Of a DNA stretch of 64,000 nucleotides, positions 48,704 through 57,786 are shown one piece after another. The DNA comes from a virus. The DNA is taken from IMG/VR virus record IMGVR_UViG_648276631_000006, positions 1,610-65,609 of that record. One strand, given 5' to 3'. Numbering within the stretch: the stretch's first letter is position 1; each line of letters opens with the position of its first letter. The notes beneath the pieces are model-generated. The model was not told where the DNA came from and did no database searches. It was given only the letters and a program-made list of their open reading frames with translations. The translations under genes and the position numbers were made by a program.

Positions 48704-49234
48704 ATGGCAACACAGCCCACCCAAGGATTTTTAGCCCGCGTGTCGGGCAAGACCAAGCAACTGTTTGGCCTGGCCGTTTCTGCCGGCGCGGCGGATGCTG
48801 GCAAGCTGGTTGCGACCGACTCGGCGGGCAAGCTGGATATGAGCCTGATGCCCGTGGGTATTGGCGCCAATACCATCATCGTGCCGGCCAGCGAGGCCAT
48901 CGGTGCGGGTAAGTTCATCAATTTTTATAGCAACGCAGGCGCCATGAATGTGCGTCTGGCCGACAACAGCAATGGCCGGCAGGCGGACGGTTATGTGAAG
49001 GAAGCCGTTGCCAATGCCGCTGCGGCCACGGTCTACCCGCTGGACACCACCAATACTGCGCTCACGGGGCTGACCCCTGGCGGGCGCTATTGGCTGGGCA
49101 CTGCGGGCGGCGTGATTTCAGCCGCGCTCGACTCCACGGATACGGCCAATGTCGGCAAGCTCTGCCAGGAGCTGGGCGTTGCCAAGAGCGCCACCGAGCT
49201 GGTGACGGACGACCTGGGCTATATCACGCTGTAA
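48704..49234 (+). CDS. Fibre-associated structural protein
   Basis: GLTPG.RYWL...G motif. Confidence 0.7.
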   Translation: MATQPTQGFLARVSGKTKQLFGLAVSAGAADAGKLVATDSAGKLDMSLMPVGIGANTIIVPASEAIGAGKFINFYSNAGAMNVRLADNSNGRQADGYVKEAVANAAAATVYPLDTTNTALTGLTPGGRYWLGTAGGVISAALDSTDTANVGKLCQELGVAKSATELVTDDLGYITL

Positions 49235-50183
49235 TGGTAAACCGCCGACCATTGGCCCGAGTGAACGGGCGTACCCGTCAGCTCCCCGCCGGTGATCAAC
49301 TCGACTCGGCGGTGCTGTCCAATGCCATCGCAGTGGTGCTGACCGGACTGGTCACCAGCGACAAGTCGGCCGTCGCGGCCACCGATACGGTGCTTCAGGC
49401 CATCGGCAAGCTGCAGGCCCAGGCCTCTCTAGCACTGACTGCAGAGCATGTAGGTACGGCTCCGAACCAGATCCCGGGCGTAACGCATCTGGGCGCGCTG
49501 GCCTTTGTCGATCAAGTCGGAGCCACGATGGTTCTGAGGCATACGCCGGCATCAAGCCCCGGGCATTGGTGGCGGGAGTACATCAGTAATACCCAGACCG
49601 CTATCAAGTTCCACGGGTTCGATGACATCGTGCGGACTGTCTCTGAGGTCGGGCCACAGGGCCCCCAGGGGGCGACAGGGCCAGTTGGCCCCACTGGAGC
49701 CACAGGTGCCACCGGGCCGGAAGGGCCAGCCGGACCAGCCGGACCAGCAGGAGCGGCAGGAGCGGCAGGAGCGGCAGGGGCAACCGGTGCGGCTGGTCCC
49801 CCAAGGGCCCCAAAAAGGGGATACCGGGGGCCACGGGGTCTCAGGGGCCGAAGGGAGACAAGGGTGATACCGGTGCCCAAGGTGTGCAGGGCATCCAAGG
49901 CCCAAAGGGGGATACAGGCGCAACTGGCCCCCAGGGCGCAAAGGGCGACACCGGGACTTTTGACACCGGACAGGTCGGCAGTGCCCCAAATCAGCTGCCT
50001 GCGGGCACGCACCTTGGCGCCCTGGCCTCCATGGATGAGGTCGGAGCAACCATGGTCTATCAGCACAGCCCTGACCTACCACCGAATGCGGTGTGGCGTG
50101 AGCGGGTCAGCAACACCGAGACGACTTTGAAATACAGGGGCAGCGATGGCGTGATTCGCAGCCGTCAGGAGCTTTGGACATGA
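49234..50183 (+). CDS. Collagen-like fibre protein, frameshifted near 49798-49830 (probably a sequencing artefact)
   Basis: Gly-X-Y repeats continue in another frame after homopolymer runs; duplicated APNQ.P..THLGALA domain. Confidence 0.75.
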
Positions 50184-51382
50184 GCGTGATTGCAGATCTG
50201 CCGGATATTCGGCCCAGCCTGCTGCTGGACTTTGCCAACAGCCGCCGGGTGCATCCACTGATTCAATGTACGCGGGCCAGCACTGCAACATGCTACGGTC
50301 CAGATGGCGTGCTGCGCACCGTGGCTAGCAATGTGCCTCGCATTGACTTCGACCCCCTCACCGGCAAGTGCCTGGGTTTGTTGGTGGAGGAAGCTCGCAC
50401 GAACTTATTGCTCAACTCGGTGTTTGCGGGAGCGGCTTCGGGGGCGCCAGGGACTGCTCCCACAAACTTCCCTTTCTCTGTAGCGAACGGCAGTACAGAG
50501 GTCATTGCAGGAGGTCTTTACACCACATTGCGACTGTCGACAGCGACTGCAGCAAGGCATTTCCTCACGCAGTTGAATACTCCTGTAGAGGTCGGTCAGT
50601 ACGCCTTCTCCCTGCCATGCAATTTCTATGTGGCCTCGTCCGTTGGTAACTTCCTTGGTGCATCGGCTGGAACTGCGGTGTTCACGGCTCGCTACTTTGT
50701 TGACGGTGTTGAGATTGCTTCTGGCACTTCTGTCGGGACAGGCAAAAAGACAGTGTCAATGCTTCTGGACGTGACAACGGCTGGCACTATTTCAATGCGC
50801 TTCGGAGTCGGTGTTGTTGTTTCTACAGTGGGGGATGTTGAGTTCAGTCTCCCTCAGCTAGAAAAAGGTGCCTTTCCTACTTCACCAATTCTCACTACCA
50901 CTGCAGCTGCTACGCGTGCAGCAGATCTGCTGCACATCGACTACACACTCCCCACCGTTGGTGCCATCGTTGCATCCGTTGCTGGCCTGGCATCGGCCAA
51001 CACTGCAAATGCGTACCTGTGGAGCGCGGCACCCCCTGTTGGCTCGGGCGCGGACCACGCATACTGCTACTTGTCTAGTGCACCCAACCGCGCAAACTGG
51101 TGGGTCAACAAAGGAGGCGTTGGCCAATCTGGCGGCAACATCGTGGGGCGGCCCCCTAGCGTAGGCGTGAGTTTCGACGCCACTGCCAGGGCTGCCGCAA
51201 TTGCATCCGGCTCACTGCTCACAAAAGACACGATCCGACCACGCGACTTCCCTGCCAATCTCTCCCAGCTGCGCCTGGGATGCAATAACGTGAACAGCGG
51301 ATTTTTGGGTGGTTGTATCTCGCGCTTGGCGGTCTACAGCGGTCGTATCACAGACGCTCAACTCCAAAGGCTCACAGCATGA
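50180..51382 (+). CDS. Fibre/spike protein (receptor-binding candidate)
   Basis: PSLLLDFAN, RASTAT, PRIDFDP..GLLVEEARTN, QLEKGAFPTSPI.T....TRAAD. Confidence 0.8.
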   Translation: MSVIADLPDIRPSLLLDFANSRRVHPLIQCTRASTATCYGPDGVLRTVASNVPRIDFDPLTGKCLGLLVEEARTNLLLNSVFAGAASGAPGTAPTNFPFSVANGSTEVIAGGLYTTLRLSTATAARHFLTQLNTPVEVGQYAFSLPCNFYVASSVGNFLGASAGTAVFTARYFVDGVEIASGTSVGTGKKTVSMLLDVTTAGTISMRFGVGVVVSTVGDVEFSLPQLEKGAFPTSPILTTTAAATRAADLLHIDYTLPTVGAIVASVAGLASANTANAYLWSAAPPVGSGADHAYCYLSSAPNRANWWVNKGGVGQSGGNIVGRPPSVGVSFDATARAAAIASGSLLTKDTIRPRDFPANLSQLRLGCNNVNSGFLGGCISRLAVYSGRITDAQLQRLTA

Positions 51383-51948
51383 CGACCTTTCTCCAGTTCG
51401 GCAGCGAAGTTACCGCCATCGATGCATTCGCGCCGTGGCTGCACGATGGCGCAATGCCTGCCTATATCGGCTCGGTGGCCGTCGATGTGGTCGGCGTTAT
51501 CCAGCGGCCGACAGGAGAAGTCCTGCAGACAGGGGACGGGGAGATCCCTGTGCTTGCGCCGCTGCCAGGCTGGCACATCAATCTGAGCGAACCTGTGCCC
51601 GAGTTGGCGCAGTTTGAGATTGAAGCGCCGGCCACGCCCGCCCGTGTCTTTGCGGGCAGCGGCGCTGTCGAAGTGCAGCGGGTGCCGGTCGAGGTTGCGC
51701 GCTGGCAAGCCAAGCTGGCACTGATGCACCAGGTGGATGAGCAAGGCGTCACTCTTTGGGATCGCCTGCTGCAGTTGCGTGAATCGCTCGCGGATACCGA
51801 GCAGCAGACCATGCTGGATGCGGCCATGAACGAGGTGCTGAACTGGAAGCGCTACAGCCCCACGGTCCTGTGGGCTGCCGAGCAGCTCGATCTCACCGCC
51901 CTGCAGGTGGATGAGCTCTTTATCTACGCGCACGCGCTGGAGCTTTGA
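51379..51948 (+). CDS. Fibre assembly/chaperone-like protein
   Basis: PGWHINL; VARWQAKLAL; LT..QVDELF. Confidence 0.65.
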   Translation: MTTFLQFGSEVTAIDAFAPWLHDGAMPAYIGSVAVDVVGVIQRPTGEVLQTGDGEIPVLAPLPGWHINLSEPVPELAQFEIEAPATPARVFAGSGAVEVQRVPVEVARWQAKLALMHQVDEQGVTLWDRLLQLRESLADTEQQTMLDAAMNEVLNWKRYSPTVLWAAEQLDLTALQVDELFIYAHALEL

Positions 51949-51950
51949 CA

Positions 51951-51991
51951 CCCCTCTAGGGTTCGACCGTTGGGCGCAGCCCCGGAACACT
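51951..51991 (+). promoter_or_regulatory. Late promoter motif copy 6 (lysis cassette)
   Basis: cccctctagggttcgacc ... aacact. Confidence 0.7.
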
Positions 51992-51998
51992 CCGGGGT

Positions 51999-52292
51999 AT
52001 GAAAAAAGCTCTCGCATCAATGCTGGCGCTGCTGGGCATCCACCAGCATCTGAGTGCCGAGCAGAAACAGGACATCGCCACGGCGGTCTTTCAAGCCACG
52101 CCTGGGGCTGTCACCGCCGGTGGCTTTCGCCTGGCAGGCCTTCCATTGAGTGACTGGCTTGTCTTAGCTTCCATTGCTTTTGTAGCGTTGCAAGCAGGCT
52201 ATCTGGTCTGGAAGTGGCGTCGCGATTACGTGCACGAGCAGGCCCGCCAGGAACTGCGCGAAAAGGCCAAGGCCGCCGTAGGAGGCGCGTAA
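51999..52292 (+). CDS. Holin
   Basis: TM segment LSDW...LQAGYLVWKWRR; precedes the endolysin. Confidence 0.75.
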   Translation: MKKALASMLALLGIHQHLSAEQKQDIATAVFQATPGAVTAGGFRLAGLPLSDWLVLASIAFVALQAGYLVWKWRRDYVHEQARQELREKAKAAVGGA

Positions 52293-52927
52293 TGAGCAAG
52301 ATTCCCTCGCAACTGCGCGCGAGCATCGGCGCCTTGCTGGTTCTGACCGGCTTGGGAAGCGGCACCTACTACGTGGACCAGGCCGCGACGGCCGAGGCCC
52401 AGCAGAATCAATATATCCAGGCGGTGGCGGCTGACCCTGACATGCCCGATGGCATGCGTATCGCCATGGTCATGGCCGCGTTCTATGAGTCCAGCAATCG
52501 CCACATTGGCACGCCCTACGTGGACAAGGTGGGCAAGGGCCAGCCGCTGACGGTCTGCAACGGACTGACCGGCAAGGATGTGATCGCCGGCAAGTGGTAC
52601 AGCCCTGCCGAGTGCTTCCGGCTGGAGAAAAAGCGCTATGTGCAGTATGAGGTGATCGCAAAGCGCTCACTGACTTACTGGGGCGGCTACAACCCCTTCC
52701 AGCAGGCCACGTTCTACGACTTCCTGCACAACAAGGGTGACGGCAATTTCCAGACCAGCACCATGAGGCGCGACGCGAACGCGGGCAACTGGGCCAAGGC
52801 CTGCCGCGAAAACGTGCGCTGGAACAAGGGCACGGTGAATGGCGTGTCCATGGTGCTGCCCGGCCTGAAGATCCGCGGCGATGCGAATGCTGAGCTTTGC
52901 GAGTGGGGGCTGGCATGGCCCGGCTGA
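52292..52927 (+). CDS. Endolysin, phage lysozyme (GH24-like, probable SAR anchor)
   Basis: YES...PYVD...LTVCNGLTG; AC....W..G; N-terminal hydrophobic helix. Confidence 0.9.
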   Translation: MSKIPSQLRASIGALLVLTGLGSGTYYVDQAATAEAQQNQYIQAVAADPDMPDGMRIAMVMAAFYESSNRHIGTPYVDKVGKGQPLTVCNGLTGKDVIAGKWYSPAECFRLEKKRYVQYEVIAKRSLTYWGGYNPFQQATFYDFLHNKGDGNFQTSTMRRDANAGNWAKACRENVRWNKGTVNGVSMVLPGLKIRGDANAELCEWGLAWPG

Positions 52928-53409
52928 CCCTCTACACATCCCTGGCGTCCGCTGCTGCTGGTGCTGCCCTGGCTTGGTATTTCCAGGCCGCGCGCCTTGG
53001 AGCCGATCTGGCCGACGAGCGGCTGCAGGCCAGCCAGTACCGCGAGCAGATCGCTGATGAGCGCACGGCCGCCGGCCGGCGTCTGCTGGCCGTGGAACGC
53101 ACGGTCAACGACAAATACCAAGGAGCCCTGAATGACGCCATCCAGAAGCAGGCCGGCTTGCAGGCTGCTGCTGATCGCGCTCGCCGTGAGCGTGACGGCA
53201 TGCAGCACAAGCTGTCCGATGCCGAGCAGCGACTTGCTGACGCTTCCCCCAGTGCCTGCATCGAGTACGCCTCAACCCTCAATCGCGTATTCGGACAGTG
53301 CAGCCAGCGATACACAGAGCTGGCAATCCGAGCTGATGGCCACGCAGCTGATGCAGCAACCTGCCGCGCAGCCTGGCCAGTGATTCCCCAAACCAAGGAA
53401 AACCAATGA
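52915..53409 (+). CDS. i-spanin (Rz-like)
   Basis: N-terminal TM plus coiled coil, after the endolysin. Confidence 0.8.
   Translation: MARLTLYTSLASAAAGAALAWYFQAARLGADLADERLQASQYREQIADERTAAGRRLLAVERTVNDKYQGALNDAIQKQAGLQAAADRARRERDGMQHKLSDAEQRLADASPSACIEYASTLNRVFGQCSQRYTELAIRADGHAADAATCRAAWPVIPQTKENQ
53132..53383 (+). CDS. o-spanin (Rz1-like), embedded in Rz
   Basis: Lipobox VTAC, Pro-rich, +1 frame inside Rz. Confidence 0.75.
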   Translation: MTPSRSRPACRLLLIALAVSVTACSTSCPMPSSDLLTLPPVPASSTPQPSIAYSDSAASDTQSWQSELMATQLMQQPAAQPGQ

Positions 53410-53807
53410 GCAAAATTGCGATCACCGAGCAGATGGTCGGCCGCTTCCTGTCCTGGCCATTGCCGGCGGACTTCGCGCCTGACTGCGGCATTACCTTCAC
53501 CCGCTCGCCACACGCTGGCATGAGCCCCACGGGCACGAACCTGCTGCACTTTGGCCAGGCCAAGGCAATGCTCGAGCACTGCATGAACGGCGGCACTGCC
53601 AGCGCCGGCGCTTTGCCGCCCCACCAGCAGCGCGTGCTGGATGAAAAGCAAGAGCTGGACATCCGAATCACCAGGCTGGACGAGTTCATTCTGCGCAATG
53701 CCTTGTTCCGCGAGCTGGACCCCGAAGAGCAAGCCCGTATGCGCCGTCAGCTCGATGTGATGCGCGAGCTGTCTGTGATCCTGGGTGAGCGCATCTCTGC
53801 TTTCTAA
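53406..53807 (+). CDS. Protein with a C-terminal crAss001_48-like helical domain
   Basis: LPPHQQRVLDEKQEL...LDEFI...F..L..EEQ..MRRQL..M..L..IL.ERI. Confidence 0.7.
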   Translation: MSKIAITEQMVGRFLSWPLPADFAPDCGITFTRSPHAGMSPTGTNLLHFGQAKAMLEHCMNGGTASAGALPPHQQRVLDEKQELDIRITRLDEFILRNALFRELDPEEQARMRRQLDVMRELSVILGERISAF

Positions 53808-53851
53808 GCCTTCCGGCCCGCACCGGCCGGCTGCCGGATTCTGGAGTAACC

Positions 53852-54388
53852 ATGCAATTCATTAAGAGACACTTTGCGGCAATCCTCTTTGTTGTGATCG
53901 CTGTGGCCCTGGTGGTCTTTGGCAGTCGCCTGTTGAGCGAGTCGGCCAGGATGATCGACGTTCTGCTGTTCGGCTTTTTCTGTTCTGCGTTGCTGGTGCT
54001 GCCCGTGGTGGAAGCTGGCGACAAGATTCTGAAAAAGCTCAAGGAACTGGAGCCCAAGACAGGCGGCACACTGGGCCCGAATGTGGTCGGGGTGCAGCGC
54101 GATCACCGCAACGACCTGGAGTATTCCCTTGTGCATGCGCTGGCGCCTCATTTGGTGAACACCAAGAGCGCGCCCGAACTGGGGGCATTTATCCGGGATG
54201 TGGTCAACTCAATTCAGGGCCGCGGCTGTCAGGCGCCTACAAAGGTTTGCACATGTGGCCCGAATGCCGGCTGCACCAATTGCCCTGGTGGTGGCTGTCA
54301 GAGTTTGAATGCCGCCCAGGATGGACTGTCGCAATCAGCCGCAAGGACAGCCGAGGCTTGGGCCGGAGTGCTGGGCAAGACTTCCTGA
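53852..54388 (+). CDS. Membrane protein with a Cys-rich tail
   Basis: Two TM segments; CTCGPNAGCTNCP. Confidence 0.6.
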   Translation: MQFIKRHFAAILFVVIAVALVVFGSRLLSESARMIDVLLFGFFCSALLVLPVVEAGDKILKKLKELEPKTGGTLGPNVVGVQRDHRNDLEYSLVHALAPHLVNTKSAPELGAFIRDVVNSIQGRGCQAPTKVCTCGPNAGCTNCPGGGCQSLNAAQDGLSQSAARTAEAWAGVLGKTS

Positions 54389-54698
54389 ATCAGCAGATTC
54401 CTCAGTAGCCTTCGACCAAAGGCATTTCCGTCCCATCGACCGCAATCATCACGCCCGTGGTGTTGGGGTCGATTTCAATTGGGACGCCCCACATTTCATT
54501 GGGCTTGCCGAAGGAGTTGAAGATGTTGAACTTCCGCAGCTCTTCCGGCGGCAATAAGCAATACCGGAAATGCAAATCGTTCTTGCGCTACTCCCGTGTT
54601 AGAGTGTTTCCTACATTGATACCAACTATTAAGAATCAATATCTATTGCATTGATTAACTATGGTGCGAGCACCTAACACCCGAGTTCAAGAGGCCAT

Positions 54699-55538
54699 AT
54701 GTCTAGGGAGAGCGCGTCACGTGTCACTAAACATGTCATCCCTATGGATGAGGTGTTGATTCGGACAGCGCTATCAAAATCGATGCTCTACAAGCTCTTG
54801 CGGCAGGACAAGTTTCCTCACCCAACGCCGATGAGCAATAGAAGCATTGGCTGGTTCGAGGCTGATATCGAAAACTGGCTACAGGCTAGAAAAGCGGCTC
54901 ACCAAGTCGATCTCGCACTCCCCCTCGTCTACATGGCGGGCAGGATGGGAGAGTCTGTAGACAACAAAAAGCCAGGCGGGGACTTTTCTTGCTGGCGAAT
55001 CTTCGATGTCTCCAAGTCCAATGCCCTCGGTGATTTAGAAACGGAAAGCTCGGAAGCTGACGTACTGATCGCGCCGCCGCAAGAAATGGTCTTTTATGGA
55101 ACGCGCACAAGGTTCATGTACTCGGGTCCATGGAAGACCAGAGGCAGCGACCACGGGTACATGCATGGAGTGACTCCGTGCTCGCCTGACAGAGCACAGA
55201 ACGCCGCATACCGTGGAGCGCTCCAAGGCATTTCTCGGGCTGATGTAGTTGTGGCCTATCTTGAAGATCTGGAAGCCTACGACACTCTGGTTGAGATTGG
55301 TTACGCCAGGGCGGCCGGTAAGAGGGTGATAGTGATTACTTCACCGGCACTTCATAAGCCACCGCTTAACGATAGTTGGAGTCGCAGGTTCTGGTTTGCT
55401 ATCCGGGCTGCGGATCGGCACATTGAATTGCCAGACCGCCCCGGTAGCACGTCAAAGGAGCACTGGCAATTGGCTCATGCACAAGCAGCAATGCTGGTTG
55501 CGGAGTGGTATCCAAACACTATGGTCTCTACCACCTAA
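54699..55538 (+). CDS. AlpA-type HTH fused to a nucleoside 2-deoxyribosyltransferase-like domain
   Basis: EVLIRTALSKSMLYKL...FPHP....RSIGW.EADIENW; VYMAG...ADVVVA...TLVEIGYA.A.GK.VIV. Confidence 0.75.
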   Translation: MSRESASRVTKHVIPMDEVLIRTALSKSMLYKLLRQDKFPHPTPMSNRSIGWFEADIENWLQARKAAHQVDLALPLVYMAGRMGESVDNKKPGGDFSCWRIFDVSKSNALGDLETESSEADVLIAPPQEMVFYGTRTRFMYSGPWKTRGSDHGYMHGVTPCSPDRAQNAAYRGALQGISRADVVVAYLEDLEAYDTLVEIGYARAAGKRVIVITSPALHKPPLNDSWSRRFWFAIRAADRHIELPDRPGSTSKEHWQLAHAQAAMLVAEWYPNTMVSTT

Positions 55539-55729
55539 AGCCTTGCCCATACCCAGGTTGCGAAGGCTTTTGAACATTACCAAACAGGGGCTGCACAATT
55601 GAAAGCAGTCAGGTAAAAATAGTCTGTGACCCTACGAATAAATTCTCTTGTCAAAGATAATTAATCAAAGAATATCGGTAAGAAAAATTCCATTTATCTT
55701 GAACTTGAAATTCAGATAAAAAAGAGAGT

Positions 55730-56494
55730 TTAAATAATACCTGTCAGCATCGCATATCTGACAGCTTGTGCTCTGGTTCTGACCTGCATTTTTCCGTAAA
55801 TATTTTTTACATGTGTTGCCACAGTCAATGGGCTGATTTCTAAGTAGGACGAAATCTCTTGAGTAGTTTTTCCTTGAGCTATCAACTTCAATATATCTAT
55901 TTCTCTTTCGGTCAGTGACTCAAATTTTTTATGCGTGAAGATTTTTTCTCCCTGCATAGCTGCATTGAATATTTTTGGAATGATTTTTTTCGCCACCCGG
56001 GGAGATATCGCAGCTCCACCATTGGCTACTTCCAGCACGGCCTGCAAATAGCTTCCAAACCACGAATTCTTCACCAAGTATCCAACAGCGCCTCTCTTAA
56101 GAGCATCCATGGCGGCATCATCGTTTTCACTTGCAGAAATTGCGATACAAAGCACGTCAGGCCTTTTTAGCTGGATCGACTCCAGCAGCTCAGCACCTTG
56201 GCCTTCGCCAATAGACAGGTCGATGAGGAGCACATCGAACTCTTGTGAAAAGACGTTCTTACGAGCTTCTTTGTAGCTGGAAGCCTGCCCTACCAGAAGA
56301 GTGCGCGGGTCACGCATGAGCTCCTGCGCGATCACGTTCCTGATGTGTCTGTCTTCATCGACCAGAAAGACCCGCACAGGTTGGCTCTGCTGACCTTTCA
56401 TGTCAGACGGCCACATGCCACCGAAAGCAATAGATGCGCCTTCAGCTCTGCCGACGTCAGACCGCGAACTCATAGATGCGTCGGATAGATACAT
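55730..56494 (-). CDS. NarL/LuxR-family response regulator (orphan; start uncertain)
   Basis: Receiver domain FLVDED/LLIDL/GYLVK plus LTEREIDIL...TVATHVKNIYGK. Confidence 0.9.
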   Translation of the reverse strand: MYLSDASMSSRSDVGRAEGASIAFGGMWPSDMKGQQSQPVRVFLVDEDRHIRNVIAQELMRDPRTLLVGQASSYKEARKNVFSQEFDVLLIDLSIGEGQGAELLESIQLKRPDVLCIAISASENDDAAMDALKRGAVGYLVKNSWFGSYLQAVLEVANGGAAISPRVAKKIIPKIFNAAMQGEKIFTHKKFESLTEREIDILKLIAQGKTTQEISSYLEISPLTVATHVKNIYGKMQVRTRAQAVRYAMLTGII

Positions 56495-57026
56495 GTGACA
56501 CCCCAGCAAGTAGATAGATTGGTTGGAAGTCACGCGAAAAATAAAATTTCCCTTTTTTAAAATCCACTAAAAGTAAATAAAGAAATACGTAGTTTATATT
56601 TTTACAAATTAAAACTCTAATATGTGGTATCGATTGAAGTAGATGCGTGAAAAATAGATATAAACCCTTCGTTATTGAAACATTGGACATGGAAAGTAAA
56701 CAGAAATACAGATTACTTTTTTTAACACTGTAAGAATTTTCCCATGGGCGCTATTTCTTCAATAGCGCACCATGTATAAAACACAATAACTTAATCAGTT
56801 TTTGATTGAATTAATTTAGTTAAGAAAATATTTTTAAACAGGGTATTACTGTTTCTTAGTCATTTTCTGAAACTGGCCTTACCGAACGCCTGTTTTGGAA
56901 CGTAACTAAGCACTCCGGAACTGGTTGACGGTTAACAGGAGCCTTTTGCAGATCTGCAAATGGTCTTTTGCTCACACACACTCTCTCTTTCACTTGTCTG
57001 AAAACTCGCTATTTAAAGGAACGATC

Positions 57027-57710
57027 ATGAAAAAGTCTGTGATTGCCATGGCGGTTATTGCGTTGGCTGGTGTTGCATCTGCTGCTGTGAGCAGCTCAAG
57101 CATTGCTGCCACCAACACGACGTCGAGCGCATCGTCTGCCACGATGTCGGGTGCGGCCAGCTCGGGCAACGGAAGTGCGCTGAGCATGAATAGTGCAACC
57201 TCCGGTGCAACGTCGAATGCAAACGCTGCTGGCGGCGCTATCGGCGCAGGCGGTTTTGGCATCGGTGGGGCAGCTGTCGGCGGTAGCGCAACTACTTTCG
57301 GTAATGTGAAGAGCCTTTCCGCCACTTCTGGCAACGGTGTTGCGGGCGGCGTAGCGGCTACCAATGCCAATGCGGGCTCAGCTGCTGCTGCCGGCTATAA
57401 CGCAGGACCCGTCAACGGCACAGCCTTCGGCGGCGCCTCTTCTCAGACCGCGAATGTTGCTGCAACTGGCGCCGGCCCTGGCGGCGGCCTGGCCTACGTC
57501 CACAACAATGCAGGCACCACCTCTGGCTACAACGCCACATCGGGAGCCGTTTCCTCACCTTGGGGCTCGTTGACCAATACCACCTCTAATGCCGGTTCTG
57601 TGGGTACCGTCCATCAGAATGCCGGCGCCTGGGGTAACGCTGGCTACCTCTCCAACGGCGGCGGCACCTCCGGTACTGCCGGTGCAGGCTCTACTGCCAA
57701 TGCCAACTAA
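57027..57710 (+). CDS. Secreted Gly/Ala/Ser/Asn/Thr-rich low-complexity protein
   Basis: RBS AAGGA; Sec signal MKKSVIAMAVIALAGVASA; mature part almost uncharged. Confidence 0.8.
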   Translation: MKKSVIAMAVIALAGVASAAVSSSSIAATNTTSSASSATMSGAASSGNGSALSMNSATSGATSNANAAGGAIGAGGFGIGGAAVGGSATTFGNVKSLSATSGNGVAGGVAATNANAGSAAAAGYNAGPVNGTAFGGASSQTANVAATGAGPGGGLAYVHNNAGTTSGYNATSGAVSSPWGSLTNTTSNAGSVGTVHQNAGAWGNAGYLSNGGGTSGTAGAGSTANAN

Positions 57711-57786
57711 AGCAGCTGTCTCAGGATAGTTGTGTTTGTCCCGGGCCTGGCTGCCTGGCCAGGCTCGGGCAACGTAGGAGCAAAGC

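Noticed and set aside
49795..49835. Programmed ribosomal frameshift in the collagen gene
   Set aside because: Four separate runs are each expanded, so one shift would not restore clean Gly-X-Y; this fits sequencing error better.
19085..51970. GGTTCG in the late motif as a tRNA T-loop or att sites
   Set aside because: There is no cloverleaf or CCA; position and fixed spacing to ATG fit promoters.
54400..54620. Possible minus-strand gene remnant (...LLPPEELRKFNIFNSFGKPNEMWGVPIEIDP...)
   Set aside because: Interrupted by a stop codon, with no clear start or recognisable family; insufficient support.
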